Shown one piece after another: positions 18,922 through 28,717 of a stretch of 64,000 nucleotides of DNA. How positions within the stretch are numbered: the stretch's first letter is position 1; each line of letters opens with the position of its first letter. Source of the DNA: an uncultured virus (IMG/VR IMGVR_UViG_3300020020_000024) (lineage: Duplodnaviria > Heunggongvirae > Uroviricota > Caudoviricetes); IMG/VR virus record IMGVR_UViG_3300020020_000024; one strand, written 5' to 3'. The notes beneath the pieces are model-generated. The model saw nothing but the letters and a program-made list of their open reading frames with translations, had not been told where the DNA came from and made no database searches. The position numbers were made by a program, and so were the translations under genes.

Positions 18922-20162
18922 GTACTCAGGAGTTTACTATAAAGATTCGTAATAATCGAAATGCGCTGATCCCTATTTCAATATTAGGGAATCCATCTTT
19001 TAGCAGCACATTTAATGCGTTCCGAACGTTTAGTTGGGATATTACACCAGAAACTTTTGCTGATCCAAATTTTAGCATTCAAATAAAATTAAATGCCGCA
19101 CCTGCTTATACAACTTATGGTGGACAGATAAAAACATTGTCAATTGGCGGTTTAGTGGAAGCCCTTAATTTTTTAAACATTGGCCTTTTTTGGATTGAAA
19201 CATCTGGTTCAAATAGTTATATCGTTACAGCCAATGATACTTATTTATACAATGAACTTACAATAGGCAGCAACACATTCGCAATTCAATGGACTGCACG
19301 AACGCCGGCGTTTCTAGGTTCTTTTCATGGTGTTGCTTTTGGTAATGGACTTTTTGTTGCTGTTGATGGTTCAGTTAGTACAAATTTCGTTATGACCTCA
19401 CCTGATGGGATTAACTGGACTGCACAAACCACTCCATTGGGATCGGGATTAGCGGTAATATTTGACGGAAGCCAGTTCGTGGCATTATCAGGAGCAGGTG
19501 TAGCAAATCAAATATTTACCTCACCTGATGGAATTAACTGGACTCAACAAACCACACCATTTGTTATCTCCACATGGCAAGACTTGGCGTTTGGTGGTGG
19601 GGTTTATATTGCTATTGGAATAAATGGAGTGAATACGATTGTGATGACATCTCCTGATTCAGTTGTATGGACATTACAAGCTTCTCTTTCCAATATAAAT
19701 TTAAGAGCGATAACATACGCCAACGGAGGATTTGTAGGCGTTGGTTCATCGGCTGCTTTTCCAACACAATCTGTTGCCACAACAGTCAATGGTGTTGCAT
19801 GGACAATTCAAACAGCATCAGTAGGAAACGACTGGAGAGCCATTGCATTTGGTAACGGAGTATTTGTAGCGGTTTCCAACAATGGTTCAGGAGATCGTGT
19901 AATGACATCTCCTGATGGAGTTAACTGGACAACGAGATCATCTGCTGCGGATCAGACATGGCAAGTAGTAGGATATGGTAACGGAGTATTTGCAGCATTA
20001 GCTATTGCTGGCGGCGGTACTGCCCCAATGTATTCTCTTGATAACGGTGTCACCTGGACGCTGACAACTTCGCCTCCGGGGGATTGGGAATCGCTCACAT
20101 TTGGCAATGGAATGTTTGTGGCCGTGGCTCCTAATTCTACGAGGGTAATGACGTCTCCATAA
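18918..20162 (+). CDS. receptor-binding/spike protein with Asp-box (BNR) beta-propeller repeats
   Basis: About 6-7 repeats of (F/Y)GNGxFVAV...TSPDGxNWT. Confidence 0.8.
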   Translation: MSTQEFTIKIRNNRNALIPISILGNPSFSSTFNAFRTFSWDITPETFADPNFSIQIKLNAAPAYTTYGGQIKTLSIGGLVEALNFLNIGLFWIETSGSNSYIVTANDTYLYNELTIGSNTFAIQWTARTPAFLGSFHGVAFGNGLFVAVDGSVSTNFVMTSPDGINWTAQTTPLGSGLAVIFDGSQFVALSGAGVANQIFTSPDGINWTQQTTPFVISTWQDLAFGGGVYIAIGINGVNTIVMTSPDSVVWTLQASLSNINLRAITYANGGFVGVGSSAAFPTQSVATTVNGVAWTIQTASVGNDWRAIAFGNGVFVAVSNNGSGDRVMTSPDGVNWTTRSSAADQTWQVVGYGNGVFAALAIAGGGTAPMYSLDNGVTWTLTTSPPGDWESLTFGNGMFVAVAPNSTRVMTSP

Positions 20163-20215
20163 TATAATTCCCTTATCTTTAGTTCATATTTTTTAACCAA
20201 ATCAAAACAACTTTT

Positions 20216-20806
20216 ATGAAAAACCTATTTGGAAAAATTGCTCTGCTTGTTACCGTTATCGCCGCAGGTTATATGCTCTTAACTGCATTTGGCGGCACTA
20301 AAACTTTTTGGGGATGGGATGCTGCTCAAACAGGATGGGGTTGGAAAATCTTTATGATAGTCATCCTTCTTGCTACTGCTCACGTTTTTTATTATATCAC
20401 TAAGAAAGGCATATCATTCAAGGCTGCTCACGGTGCATTAATTGTTTTACTGCTCGGTATTGGATTTGGCGCAAGCACCGGATTTAAATTTACCGCAGGT
20501 GATATCAAGCAAAGGATCACTTATCTTAATACTTATGGACAGGTAACCGACACTACTATACTTTTTAAATATTATGAAGATTTTTACCACTTCAATGATA
20601 ACCCTGAATTAAAAAAGTATGTAATAAAATATCGTGAACTTCCAGGACGCAATTGCTGGAATGAACATATACTTGCATACCTGAGAGGCGATACTACTGA
20701 GACATATAAGGGTGCAAAACCAAGTAACGCACCATCTGCTGACAGTTGTGCTTTTAAATGGCATACTGGTGCATATGAAATGGACTTGAAAGTTAAATTG
20801 AGATGA
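20216..20806 (+). CDS. multi-TM membrane protein with soluble C-domain
   Basis: Three hydrophobic segments. Confidence 0.65.
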   Translation: MKNLFGKIALLVTVIAAGYMLLTAFGGTKTFWGWDAAQTGWGWKIFMIVILLATAHVFYYITKKGISFKAAHGALIVLLLGIGFGASTGFKFTAGDIKQRITYLNTYGQVTDTTILFKYYEDFYHFNDNPELKKYVIKYRELPGRNCWNEHILAYLRGDTTETYKGAKPSNAPSADSCAFKWHTGAYEMDLKVKLR

Positions 20807-21279
20807 TACACCAACTACCAGCTATATGGCAGCTTATCACCTGGGCCATGATACAGATACTTATGATCGTATTTACACGATTTGCAAGTTTGCATCATGG
20901 CCCAGCGATAAATGCTTTCAGGAAATACATACCAGTTGGCCAGATAACTGAATATGAAAACCCGTTTCATAAATGGGCATTGGGAATGGCGATTCTTGCG
21001 GACGCCTTTCTCTGTATTATCCTCTTACTACTAACCAATATTTATTTACCATTTATAATGGGTCTGATTTTAATTCTGGGATGGTATGGAGTTTTCTTTG
21101 ACAGGTGGGTAAATGAGCAGGTGCCCGGGCGCAGTAAATATCATGTCTCCGAACATTCCACGATCGACAGTTGGTTTATAAAAAAGTACGGAGCAAGGGC
21201 GGGTGAGCAGAAGCAATATTTTGGAATGGCGCTAATTATCATCCTTAACACTATCGGCATTTTTCTTATCCTTTTGTAA
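20803..21279 (+). CDS. multi-TM membrane protein
   Basis: Four hydrophobic segments; last gene before the strand switch. Confidence 0.65.
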   Translation: MIHQLPAIWQLITWAMIQILMIVFTRFASLHHGPAINAFRKYIPVGQITEYENPFHKWALGMAILADAFLCIILLLLTNIYLPFIMGLILILGWYGVFFDRWVNEQVPGRSKYHVSEHSTIDSWFIKKYGARAGEQKQYFGMALIIILNTIGIFLILL

Positions 21280-22194
21280 GTCATTACTCTTTTTCTTCTT
21301 ATCAAAGTCGCTTATCTTTTTAAGGTCATTAACGGTAATATCTCCAATGACTTTTTTCATTTCGTTCTTATCAAAGAAATATTTCAGGCAGTAATCAACC
21401 CCATATTTTCTTATTGCAATTGACTTTTCAAATTGCTGAGCATATGGTTTATTAATGACTTCCCCCGGTCTCCTAGCTGAAATTTCTGTAAACTTTTCCT
21501 CTGGCTTTTTATCCTTATTATATCTTTCTTCGGCGTACTCTCTCGACTTCTTAATAAGATCATTAGTTATTTTCAATCTTCCTGTCTTGCGTATAAAATC
21601 AAATACCATTTGATTATAAAAAGATTCTTGCCAGCCATTTTTATAATGATTGAGACATTCTGTAATGATTCCTTTAATATCTGATATTCTTTTTTCCGGC
21701 GTACTCGACATTCGCATTAGTTCCTGTTGAGCAAGTTTGTTAAGCTCACCTATTAATCTTGTGCGGTATCTATTATAGGAAGAAAGTACTTGTGTTAAAA
21801 ATAAACAGGTAAAGTGTACCGTGTGAGGAACTGTAAGGTTTTCAAGCGAACTGGTCATATACATATTAAATGCATGGTCAACATCAGATAGGGATAAGAA
21901 GTTAAAATATTTTTTTAAATGTTCTGCTTCCAGCTTTATTTGATCAGGTTCTGCGTTAAGTGATCCCATCATCTTTCTTAGGGTAGAAACCTTATCAATA
22001 ATATCTGATATTGTAAGATGCCGCAGTTTTTCAATACCGAAATAATTATTTACGATAATGCTTGCATTGAGTGGATTGGCGGCAAACCTGGCAGCGTTAA
22101 GAAATATTATTCGCTGCTGCTCCGTCTCCTGTTGTATGTTTTGCTTCTTCGACAACGCTGTTGAAGTTTGTAAAGTTTCCTCTTTTTTTGCCAT
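21232..22194 (-). CDS. hypothetical protein (possible helicase loader/replication partner)
   Basis: Directly downstream of and overlapping the initiator-like gene. Confidence 0.55.
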   Translation of the reverse strand: MAKKEETLQTSTALSKKQNIQQETEQQRIIFLNAARFAANPLNASIIVNNYFGIEKLRHLTISDIIDKVSTLRKMMGSLNAEPDQIKLEAEHLKKYFNFLSLSDVDHAFNMYMTSSLENLTVPHTVHFTCLFLTQVLSSYNRYRTRLIGELNKLAQQELMRMSSTPEKRISDIKGIITECLNHYKNGWQESFYNQMVFDFIRKTGRLKITNDLIKKSREYAEERYNKDKKPEEKFTEISARRPGEVINKPYAQQFEKSIAIRKYGVDYCLKYFFDKNEMKKVIGDITVNDLKKISDFDKKKKSNDLQKDKKNADSVKDDN

Positions 22195-22681
22195 AATGTT
22201 TTTCGCCTAAATAGTTTGCAAACTTTGTCTTGTTGAAAAGGGTCGTTGGTCTTAAATACTTTTCCATTTCAGTTCCTTTCCATTCCTGGACTTTCTTATC
22301 AATGACAGTATAAAAGTCTTGAAGTTCTAGCTTGAATTCAGTTCTTCTTTCAAGTATCATTCTAACCGGGGAAGATGTAATCAGGTTGGAAAATTTAGAG
22401 CCACTTTTATCATTAAGGTATGCAATGACATCAGAACAAAACTTCTGATCTTCGGAATTATCAATATTCTTTTTTCTATTTGTGATCGTTATTGCTGATT
22501 CGTCTGAAAAAACAGGATCTAGAAGGTCACTATCCGGAATGTTAACAGGTGCGGCATGACTGCCTGAGATATAGGTAATATCTTTTACCATGTAGGCAGA
22601 GGTTCTGCCACACATACATTTTTTTGTTTTTAATCCAGGCTTAAAGCAATCCCTGCAATTTGAGCAATAGACAAGTTTCAT
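22097..22681 (-). CDS. phage replication initiator-like protein (Zn finger + conserved phage C-terminal Phg_2220_C domain)
   Basis: CxxC...CxCG N-terminus; VIDKKVQEWKGTEMEKYLRPTTLFNKTKFANYL. Confidence 0.75.
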   Translation of the reverse strand: MKLVYCSNCRDCFKPGLKTKKCMCGRTSAYMVKDITYISGSHAAPVNIPDSDLLDPVFSDESAITITNRKKNIDNSEDQKFCSDVIAYLNDKSGSKFSNLITSSPVRMILERRTEFKLELQDFYTVIDKKVQEWKGTEMEKYLRPTTLFNKTKFANYLGEKHYGKKRGNFTNFNSVVEEAKHTTGDGAAANNIS

Positions 22682-22878
22682 TTACTTATAGGTGTTTCGC
22701 AGATTGGCCAGCATTCATAAATCTTTACCGTTACCTCTCTGCCGTGTCTTTCTGTAACTTTCCATCCCTCTTTAACTTTTTTTATTGAAGCTGTATGAGG
22801 GAGTTCTTTATAGGAGTTTTGGATAAATAGCATTACTGAAATAGTAGCAATAGCTACTAGAAAAAAACGGTTTCTCAT
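22678..22878 (-). CDS. small membrane/secreted protein
   Basis: N-terminal hydrophobic segment. Confidence 0.55.
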   Translation of the reverse strand: MRNRFFLVAIATISVMLFIQNSYKELPHTASIKKVKEGWKVTERHGREVTVKIYECWPICETPISK

Positions 22879-22929
22879 ATAAATATCAGTTTTGGTTTAT
22901 AAATAGAGCCAGTAGTAACCGATAGTGAT

Positions 22930-24765
22930 TTACAACTGAGTGGCAATCCCTACCACATTCTTATTAACGAAAATAAGATCATTGCTTCTCAATTTACTGA
23001 AATAAGTTCCAAATGTTCCACTTGTATGACTCATACCAACGGCTGCACCGATTTCTTCTCTAGTTACACTATTTGGATGCTGACGATCAATAAACCTGAG
23101 CATTTTACCAGGGCCGGAACTTTCACCAAATATTTCAATCCAAAATGAAACCCAATCATCTGGTCTGGATGGAACGTTATTCATTTCTTGCAAATGTTTC
23201 CATCCAAGTTCAGTACATACAACATCTCCATTTACTTTATCAATCAAACCATTTGAACTGAGCGTTGAAAGATGCGTTCCAAACGTTCCGCTTGTTGATG
23301 ACATATCAGCTATTGTACCCATACGAATTCGTGTGATTGCATCGGGATAATAAATACCTGCTGCGTATAACATACGAATAACGCCCGATGACTTTGTCAT
23401 CCTCTTTGCATCAAGAGCAGCACCAGCACTATCTCCATTAGTCTTATAAGCATTTTCAGTATCTGCTATAATAATAGGTTTTTTTAGTACGGGCAATGTC
23501 TTGGCGGCAAGTCTCTGATCTTGGCTCATGATCTCGGTTACGAATTCGGACTTTGATATCTCCGGTTTTACAGCTAAGACAGAAGTTGGAATTTTATGAT
23601 TAAAGTGCTTATCTATAATTGATTTTAAATCAACCATGCTTTTAAGAGCTGCATTTATTTCACTGACTAAAGCACTTGAATATTTTCTTTCTGCATTAAG
23701 GGAAAGTTTCAAATGATTAACCTTTGCCCTTTCATTTATAAATTCACTATTCTTTGATGATAATTCTTTTACAGCATTATCATACTGCTTTTGCAGTTGC
23801 CTGTCTGATATGGGTTGAGCATTTTTTGTGACCTGGACTATTCCTGATTTCTTTAATTCCGCTTTCAGCCGGGAGATTTCGTTTTTATATCCTTGCTTGG
23901 TGGTAATTTCTTTTTCTGCTTCTTCCGGAATCGATTCAAGTTTGGAAAGTATTTTTTTAATTGCCGATGGTGTTGGTGGCATGGAAACAACTTTTGTTCC
24001 CGATTTTATATGAGTTGTTTTTACTTCACCAACTCTAAACTTTATAATCTCTTTGCTGATAGCGGGGCCGAATGCGTAGAACTCTCCTTTGTCGAGATTT
24101 CTCAGATCACGAATTTCTTCTTTTGTTCGTAACCCAAGTTCATCACCAACTCTTTTTTGATCAAGCGGCAAACTAGTGCTACCCATCAATTTGTTTTTAC
24201 ATTGTGCAGCTGCGCTTTTATTCAAGATGCTAATGCGTAATGTGGCAAGTATTGCGCAGAGTCCTCTTTTCCTTCCCCTGGTGCAGAGATCAATTACTGC
24301 AGCAGTTGAAATTGCTCTTTTATCTTCTGGACAAAATAACTGCGCTTCATCAATATAAATCAAGCATGAATGACGCATGTTCTTTGGGGCATTCATTAAC
24401 GCTTCAATGAATGTTTTAACGAACTGTTCTCTTTCGTGTTGCTTGAACTCATAGAGGTCTATGATTGTAGAGATACCCGTTTCAAGTATTTTGTGAGCAA
24501 GAGCTTCCGCATACCTGATACTTAAAGGCAGGTCACCATTTTTACTAACGAGTGCAAAAGGATACTTTTCTCTAAGAGTAACAAACTCTCCTTCTGGGTC
24601 AATAATTATCTGTTGAACCATGCCGGAGCATTCTTCTGCAAGTTTTCTTATTGTCCATGATTTTCCAGAACCGCTATCTGCTTCAAGGAGGAGTTTTGTT
24701 TCTAGCAGACTTGGAAGATCTATTTTTATACCTATGTCAATGGCTTTTTCTTTCATGCTGTTCAT
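22930..24765 (-). CDS. HerA/DUF87-like ATPase with coiled coil and tandem C-terminal winged-helix-like repeats
   Basis: ADSGSGKS, IIIDPEGEF, IYIDEAQ, RGRKRG; duplicated MSxTSGTFGT(H/Y)xSxL. Confidence 0.8.
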   Translation of the reverse strand: MNSMKEKAIDIGIKIDLPSLLETKLLLEADSGSGKSWTIRKLAEECSGMVQQIIIDPEGEFVTLREKYPFALVSKNGDLPLSIRYAEALAHKILETGISTIIDLYEFKQHEREQFVKTFIEALMNAPKNMRHSCLIYIDEAQLFCPEDKRAISTAAVIDLCTRGRKRGLCAILATLRISILNKSAAAQCKNKLMGSTSLPLDQKRVGDELGLRTKEEIRDLRNLDKGEFYAFGPAISKEIIKFRVGEVKTTHIKSGTKVVSMPPTPSAIKKILSKLESIPEEAEKEITTKQGYKNEISRLKAELKKSGIVQVTKNAQPISDRQLQKQYDNAVKELSSKNSEFINERAKVNHLKLSLNAERKYSSALVSEINAALKSMVDLKSIIDKHFNHKIPTSVLAVKPEISKSEFVTEIMSQDQRLAAKTLPVLKKPIIIADTENAYKTNGDSAGAALDAKRMTKSSGVIRMLYAAGIYYPDAITRIRMGTIADMSSTSGTFGTHLSTLSSNGLIDKVNGDVVCTELGWKHLQEMNNVPSRPDDWVSFWIEIFGESSGPGKMLRFIDRQHPNSVTREEIGAAVGMSHTSGTFGTYFSKLRSNDLIFVNKNVVGIATQL

Positions 24766-25167
24766 TTATAAGAGCGAATCAATTCTTGTTAAAACATCCG
24801 AACTTGTATGCCCATCATATTCAGGTGCTTTTTCAAGTGTTTTTGCAAAGTCGCATTTTGTCCACAAACTGCTTGGTAGGTGGTAAGTAATCTGCTTTCC
24901 AGGTTCGTGATTAATACCTAGTAGAAACCAACCAGCAATTTCAACATCAGTTGAGTGTCGCTTTGACCGCCAAACAGGTGATACTTCACTTACGGATGTA
25001 ACCACTTCTGTAAATCGTTCATGAATGTGCTGGCAAAGAGAAATAAAAAGAATGTTTCTGTGATCATATAATTCATTGAAAGTATGATAGCCATCGGTTA
25101 TTTTAGATTTGTCGCAGGTTTTAATAATGAGGTTAACGGCATCCTCAACTGTACTTATCTTTTGCAT
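24766..25167 (-). CDS. WDGH-domain-like phage protein
   Basis: DGYHTFNELYDHR...QITYHLP...YDGHT. Confidence 0.65.
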   Translation of the reverse strand: MQKISTVEDAVNLIIKTCDKSKITDGYHTFNELYDHRNILFISLCQHIHERFTEVVTSVSEVSPVWRSKRHSTDVEIAGWFLLGINHEPGKQITYHLPSSLWTKCDFAKTLEKAPEYDGHTSSDVLTRIDSLL

Positions 25168-25192
25168 GTGCAGTTAATTTGGTTATGACTTT

Positions 25193-26338
25193 TTATTCTG
25201 ATTGCGCCGGCTGGCTTTGATTATATACTAATTGACGAACAGCACCTAGATAACTTTTATCATCCTTTACTGTAACAAAAATATTATGCTGTATGGGTTT
25301 GTGAAATTGAACCTTGTCTGAATCAATAGATTTCATTACGGTAAGCATTGCTTTCGCATTGAAAATAAATTCATCAATATCGAAATCCTTTTTTACATCC
25401 AAAATCATCTCAGCGTATTTACTGAACTGAGCATTATCATAAACGAATTTAAGTTGTCTTTTCCCTTCGTTTTTAATGATACCCTCACATCCGTATTCGG
25501 TTGGATTATTACCGATAACCATTTGACAAAACTCAATAATCTCAGCACGGTCAAGCGTTACGTTCCCTTCTTTCTTTAATGCAACTATTGGGCTAATATC
25601 ACGGTAAGCAGCTTCCGGTTGCGCAAATCCATAAATTGATTTACCAGTACCAAAGAAATAATATTTACCAGACTGGCTAAACTCAACCTGATCGTATTGA
25701 CAAATTACATTACATGCAGCAGGTTCAAGAACCATGTGTGGTAATGGCTTATCAAATTCTTTGTAGTACATAACCTGACCATCTCCACCCCAAACACAGT
25801 AATGAGTAGGATTGTCGGCAGCACCTAAATTGAAAATGTAAGCATACATTAGCCATGTGCGCACATCTTTTATAGGATCAGAATGATCGGCGGCGGCGGC
25901 AAGTGCTTTTAAAACTGTTTTATCAAGAACAAACACTTCTGTTTTTTCCTGTTTCTCAGGGGCTGGAAAGTTTTCGCCAAAAGGGGCAAAGAAATCCATT
26001 TTCTTTTTACCGCAAACCATGTGTACCTTATTGGTATCAATATTATCTTTCTTTATTGATGTGCTTTCAATGGTAAGTATAGCATCTGACGGAGCATTTT
26101 CAATAATGCTTGACAATGACCTTTCATCAAGAAGAACTTTTATATTCTTTATTTTTTTTGCAACCTCTGCTTCCACTTCATGAATAACAAATGATGCCAT
26201 GCTGTTTTTTGTTAACGTGCAGGTCTCACCATCATATTCAAATTTTATGTAGGCAAGTATGGGAAGGATTTTATTTTCTTTAATTGATTTGCTACGCTGA
26301 AAGAAAGCTCGGACTTCCGAAACTGAAATTGTAATCAT
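25193..26338 (-). CDS. dnaN: divergent DNA sliding clamp (Pol III beta-like)
   Basis: 381 aa; N-terminal ILPILAYIKF and C-terminal FNAKAMLTVMKSIDSDKV match beta-clamp patterns. Confidence 0.65.
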   Translation of the reverse strand: MITISVSEVRAFFQRSKSIKENKILPILAYIKFEYDGETCTLTKNSMASFVIHEVEAEVAKKIKNIKVLLDERSLSSIIENAPSDAILTIESTSIKKDNIDTNKVHMVCGKKKMDFFAPFGENFPAPEKQEKTEVFVLDKTVLKALAAAADHSDPIKDVRTWLMYAYIFNLGAADNPTHYCVWGGDGQVMYYKEFDKPLPHMVLEPAACNVICQYDQVEFSQSGKYYFFGTGKSIYGFAQPEAAYRDISPIVALKKEGNVTLDRAEIIEFCQMVIGNNPTEYGCEGIIKNEGKRQLKFVYDNAQFSKYAEMILDVKKDFDIDEFIFNAKAMLTVMKSIDSDKVQFHKPIQHNIFVTVKDDKSYLGAVRQLVYNQSQPAQSE

Positions 26339-26372
26339 GAATTGGGTGTTTTGATTTTAAAAATATTGTGAG

Positions 26373-26969
26373 TTAGTTTGCGTTCTCATTAACGACATCC
26401 TTTGCTTCGTCTCCCCATGCCGCAACAACAGCATAGATGTTATCCCCCCAACGATTCTCGGTAAATAAAACAATTGGATCGTCTGTTACAATATAGCCTT
26501 TTTTGATAGTGGCTTTGTCATTCAATGAAATCTGATTTGCAGGAGCGCAGATATAATATTTCCGTTCGTCAAGTTCTTTAATATAGCCTCTCTTAAAAAA
26601 GCTATCTTGCTTTCTTACCGCTTTTACATCTTCTTCATTGCGATAAAATTTCTCCTTATAGACAAATCTATATTCGCAATTCTGTTTGAATTGAATTATG
26701 TCATTCACTTTGTTTTCAGGAACATCACCTACGAATCGATGTAGTTCTGCCATTAACAATCCATACTTTTTACAAATTTCCTCTACCTTATCTTTTGTTA
26801 TGATTTTGTGTAATGGGTAACGTTCTCTATATCCGTTAATAGTCGCCAACATTCCAAATCCAGCAGATTGAAGTAGTGCAGGGCTGGTTTTTTTTATGCC
26901 ATCACAGGCTGCTTTAAATTCTTCAAAAATAACTTTTGAAGATACGGGGCCGTTCTTTGTTGATTTCAT
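26373..26969 (-). CDS. hypothetical phage protein
   Basis: FVGDVP, DPIVL...VAAWGDEA; phage-like. Confidence 0.6.
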   Translation of the reverse strand: MKSTKNGPVSSKVIFEEFKAACDGIKKTSPALLQSAGFGMLATINGYRERYPLHKIITKDKVEEICKKYGLLMAELHRFVGDVPENKVNDIIQFKQNCEYRFVYKEKFYRNEEDVKAVRKQDSFFKRGYIKELDERKYYICAPANQISLNDKATIKKGYIVTDDPIVLFTENRWGDNIYAVVAAWGDEAKDVVNENAN

Positions 26970-26981
26970 ATATAAAAGTTA

Positions 26982-27242
26982 TTATTCTTTTTCCAGGACA
27001 ACTCTCCATCCAACTGATTGAAGATAATTAACGAGGGTGTTAAGATTTGGATTTGGTTTTTCATCGTTTTCAAGGATGGAAATATAGCCTTGTTGCTTTC
27101 CCCCCATCTTCTCTCCAACATCTTCCTGTGATTGATTTTCACCCTTCCTGATGTTTGCCAGGGTGCTTCCGAATTTATCAAGTACTGCCTGATTTACGAT
27201 CACTCTTGAATTGCCATTTTTCTTCGTAGTAGTTTCTCCCAT
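26982..27242 (-). CDS. XRE-family HTH regulator
   Basis: SQEDVGEKMG..QGYISILEN...NPNLNTL. Confidence 0.85.
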   Translation of the reverse strand: MGETTTKKNGNSRVIVNQAVLDKFGSTLANIRKGENQSQEDVGEKMGGKQQGYISILENDEKPNPNLNTLVNYLQSVGWRVVLEKE

Positions 27243-27344
27243 ATATAAATATTAATATGTAGTAAAACTAATATAATCAAAGAATAATAGGAAAATTATT
27301 TTTAAATAGTATTTTTACCTTCAAATCACTAAAATTCAAAGACT

Positions 27345-27647
27345 ATGGAAGCAGGTCATCAAGTTGAATTAATCCCCATATATGTGCATTATATGCCCAA
27401 GCCATTAGAGCCGGGAAAACTGTACATCTCAAAGGAATTTGGTTTAGCAATACATCTCTGCTGCTGTGGATGCGGGGTAGAAACAGTAACCCCATTAACA
27501 GAAACTCGTGAAAAACCAGGAGACGGATGGGTACTAACCGAAAAAGAAGGTAAGGTTTCCTTGCAGCCATCAATTGGTAATTTTTCAGGTGAAAATCCCT
27601 ATCATGCTCATTATATTATTACTGATAATATAGCGACTTTTGTTTAG
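27345..27647 (+). CDS. DUF6527-like protein
   Basis: LEPGKLYIS...HLCCCGCG...W...VSLQPSIGN...HY. Confidence 0.7.
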   Translation: MEAGHQVELIPIYVHYMPKPLEPGKLYISKEFGLAIHLCCCGCGVETVTPLTETREKPGDGWVLTEKEGKVSLQPSIGNFSGENPYHAHYIITDNIATFV

Positions 27648-27655
27648 CTGTTTTT

Positions 27656-27913
27656 CTAAACACATTTAACTACCTTTCTTCTGTACTGATCACGTGGCCC
27701 GTAATTTTCATCTGGCCTGATAGTAATTAGTGTAGTTGAATTATTGTGTGTGCATATATAAACCTTGCCTTCTGGAATACTGTTTACATGATCTCCGACT
27801 ACTGATTTCCAGTTTTTGTCATAATTGCAAAGAACATGGCCACAAAATATACATACCTGGATTCCGTTTTCAAAAGTGCCAGCATGATGCTGTATATAAA
27901 TTAATTCTGTCAT
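27656..27913 (-). CDS. small Cys/His protein
   Basis: QVCIFCGHVL. Confidence 0.55.
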   Translation of the reverse strand: MTELIYIQHHAGTFENGIQVCIFCGHVLCNYDKNWKSVVGDHVNSIPEGKVYICTHNNSTTLITIRPDENYGPRDQYRRKVVKCV

Positions 27914-27919
27914 AAATAT

Positions 27920-28717
27920 TTAATATCGTTCATCATCTTCAATTACACCATCCCATTCACCGACGAATTTATAATCAAATCCTTTGTCAGCAAAAAAGTT
28001 ACTAATTGCTTTTATATTTCTTTTGCTTTCAAAAAAATAAATACAATCTGTGCGGTAGCAAACGAAGTCATTCCCTACCAGGGCCGCAGCTTGCTGCATG
28101 TAGCTAAAGCAGTTATAACGGATTTTTAAATAAATTCTTTTTAATTGTTCATCGCCTGAAATAATCTCAACTTGATTTGTTTTTATTCCATCTTTTAAAA
28201 CAATATATCTTTTGTCGGCACCGAGAGATGAAAGCGTAGATAACGTCAGCATTTTATTATCGATAACACGAAAGCCATGATTAAATGTATTTTCAGAAAT
28301 AACTTTCATATTACGGGCAATCTGCCAGTAAGCATTATCAAGATCAATTCCAACAATGTTGCGTTTGCTTTTTCTAAGATTTGCATTCCAATGTACTGAT
28401 GGAAGAAATGGTACTGGTCTCTTGATCGGATGTTTCGATAAATATTTCTTTGCGTCTTTCTTGACGAGTCCATAAAGAAAAAGATGCTTTAATGATTTCC
28501 GGTTCTTTTTTAATGTGAACATATATCGCTTACCCCGCCATACAAGTTCTCTACCAAAATAAGTTGATCTGAACCAGGCTTTCACTCCACTTCTTCTGAT
28601 CGTTCTTATATACATAGCCCATCCAGACAGGCCAACAAAAAATTCCTGCTGCTTGAATAACTTCTTTTTTCTAAATGAAACCTTCTCTGATTTGTGAACG
28701 TGATTATTTCTGACCAT
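27920..28717 (-). CDS. minimal family-B DNA polymerase-like (palm-only) protein
   Basis: Motif A-like GIDLDNAYW and motif C-like YRTDCIYF; no exonuclease domain. Start taken at ATG28717. Confidence 0.55.
   Translation of the reverse strand: MVRNNHVHKSEKVSFRKKKLFKQQEFFVGLSGWAMYIRTIRRSGVKAWFRSTYFGRELVWRGKRYMFTLKKNRKSLKHLFLYGLVKKDAKKYLSKHPIKRPVPFLPSVHWNANLRKSKRNIVGIDLDNAYWQIARNMKVISENTFNHGFRVIDNKMLTLSTLSSLGADKRYIVLKDGIKTNQVEIISGDEQLKRIYLKIRYNCFSYMQQAAALVGNDFVCYRTDCIYFFESKRNIKAISNFFADKGFDYKFVGEWDGVIEDDERY

Noticed and set aside
19280..20160. Repeated TCACCTGATGG...AACTGGAC DNA units, considered as a CRISPR array or DGR repeats
   Set aside because: They are degenerate in-frame Asp-box protein repeats; no cas or reverse transcriptase gene is present.
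22930..24765. HerA-like ATPase as the packaging motor or a HerA-NurA/Sir2 defence system
   Set aside because: It lies in the replication region with no nuclease or Sir2 partner; the 4369 ATPase fits packaging better.
26966..27181. 71-aa ORF overlapping the XRE gene
   Set aside because: Alternative frame of a clear HTH gene with no motif.
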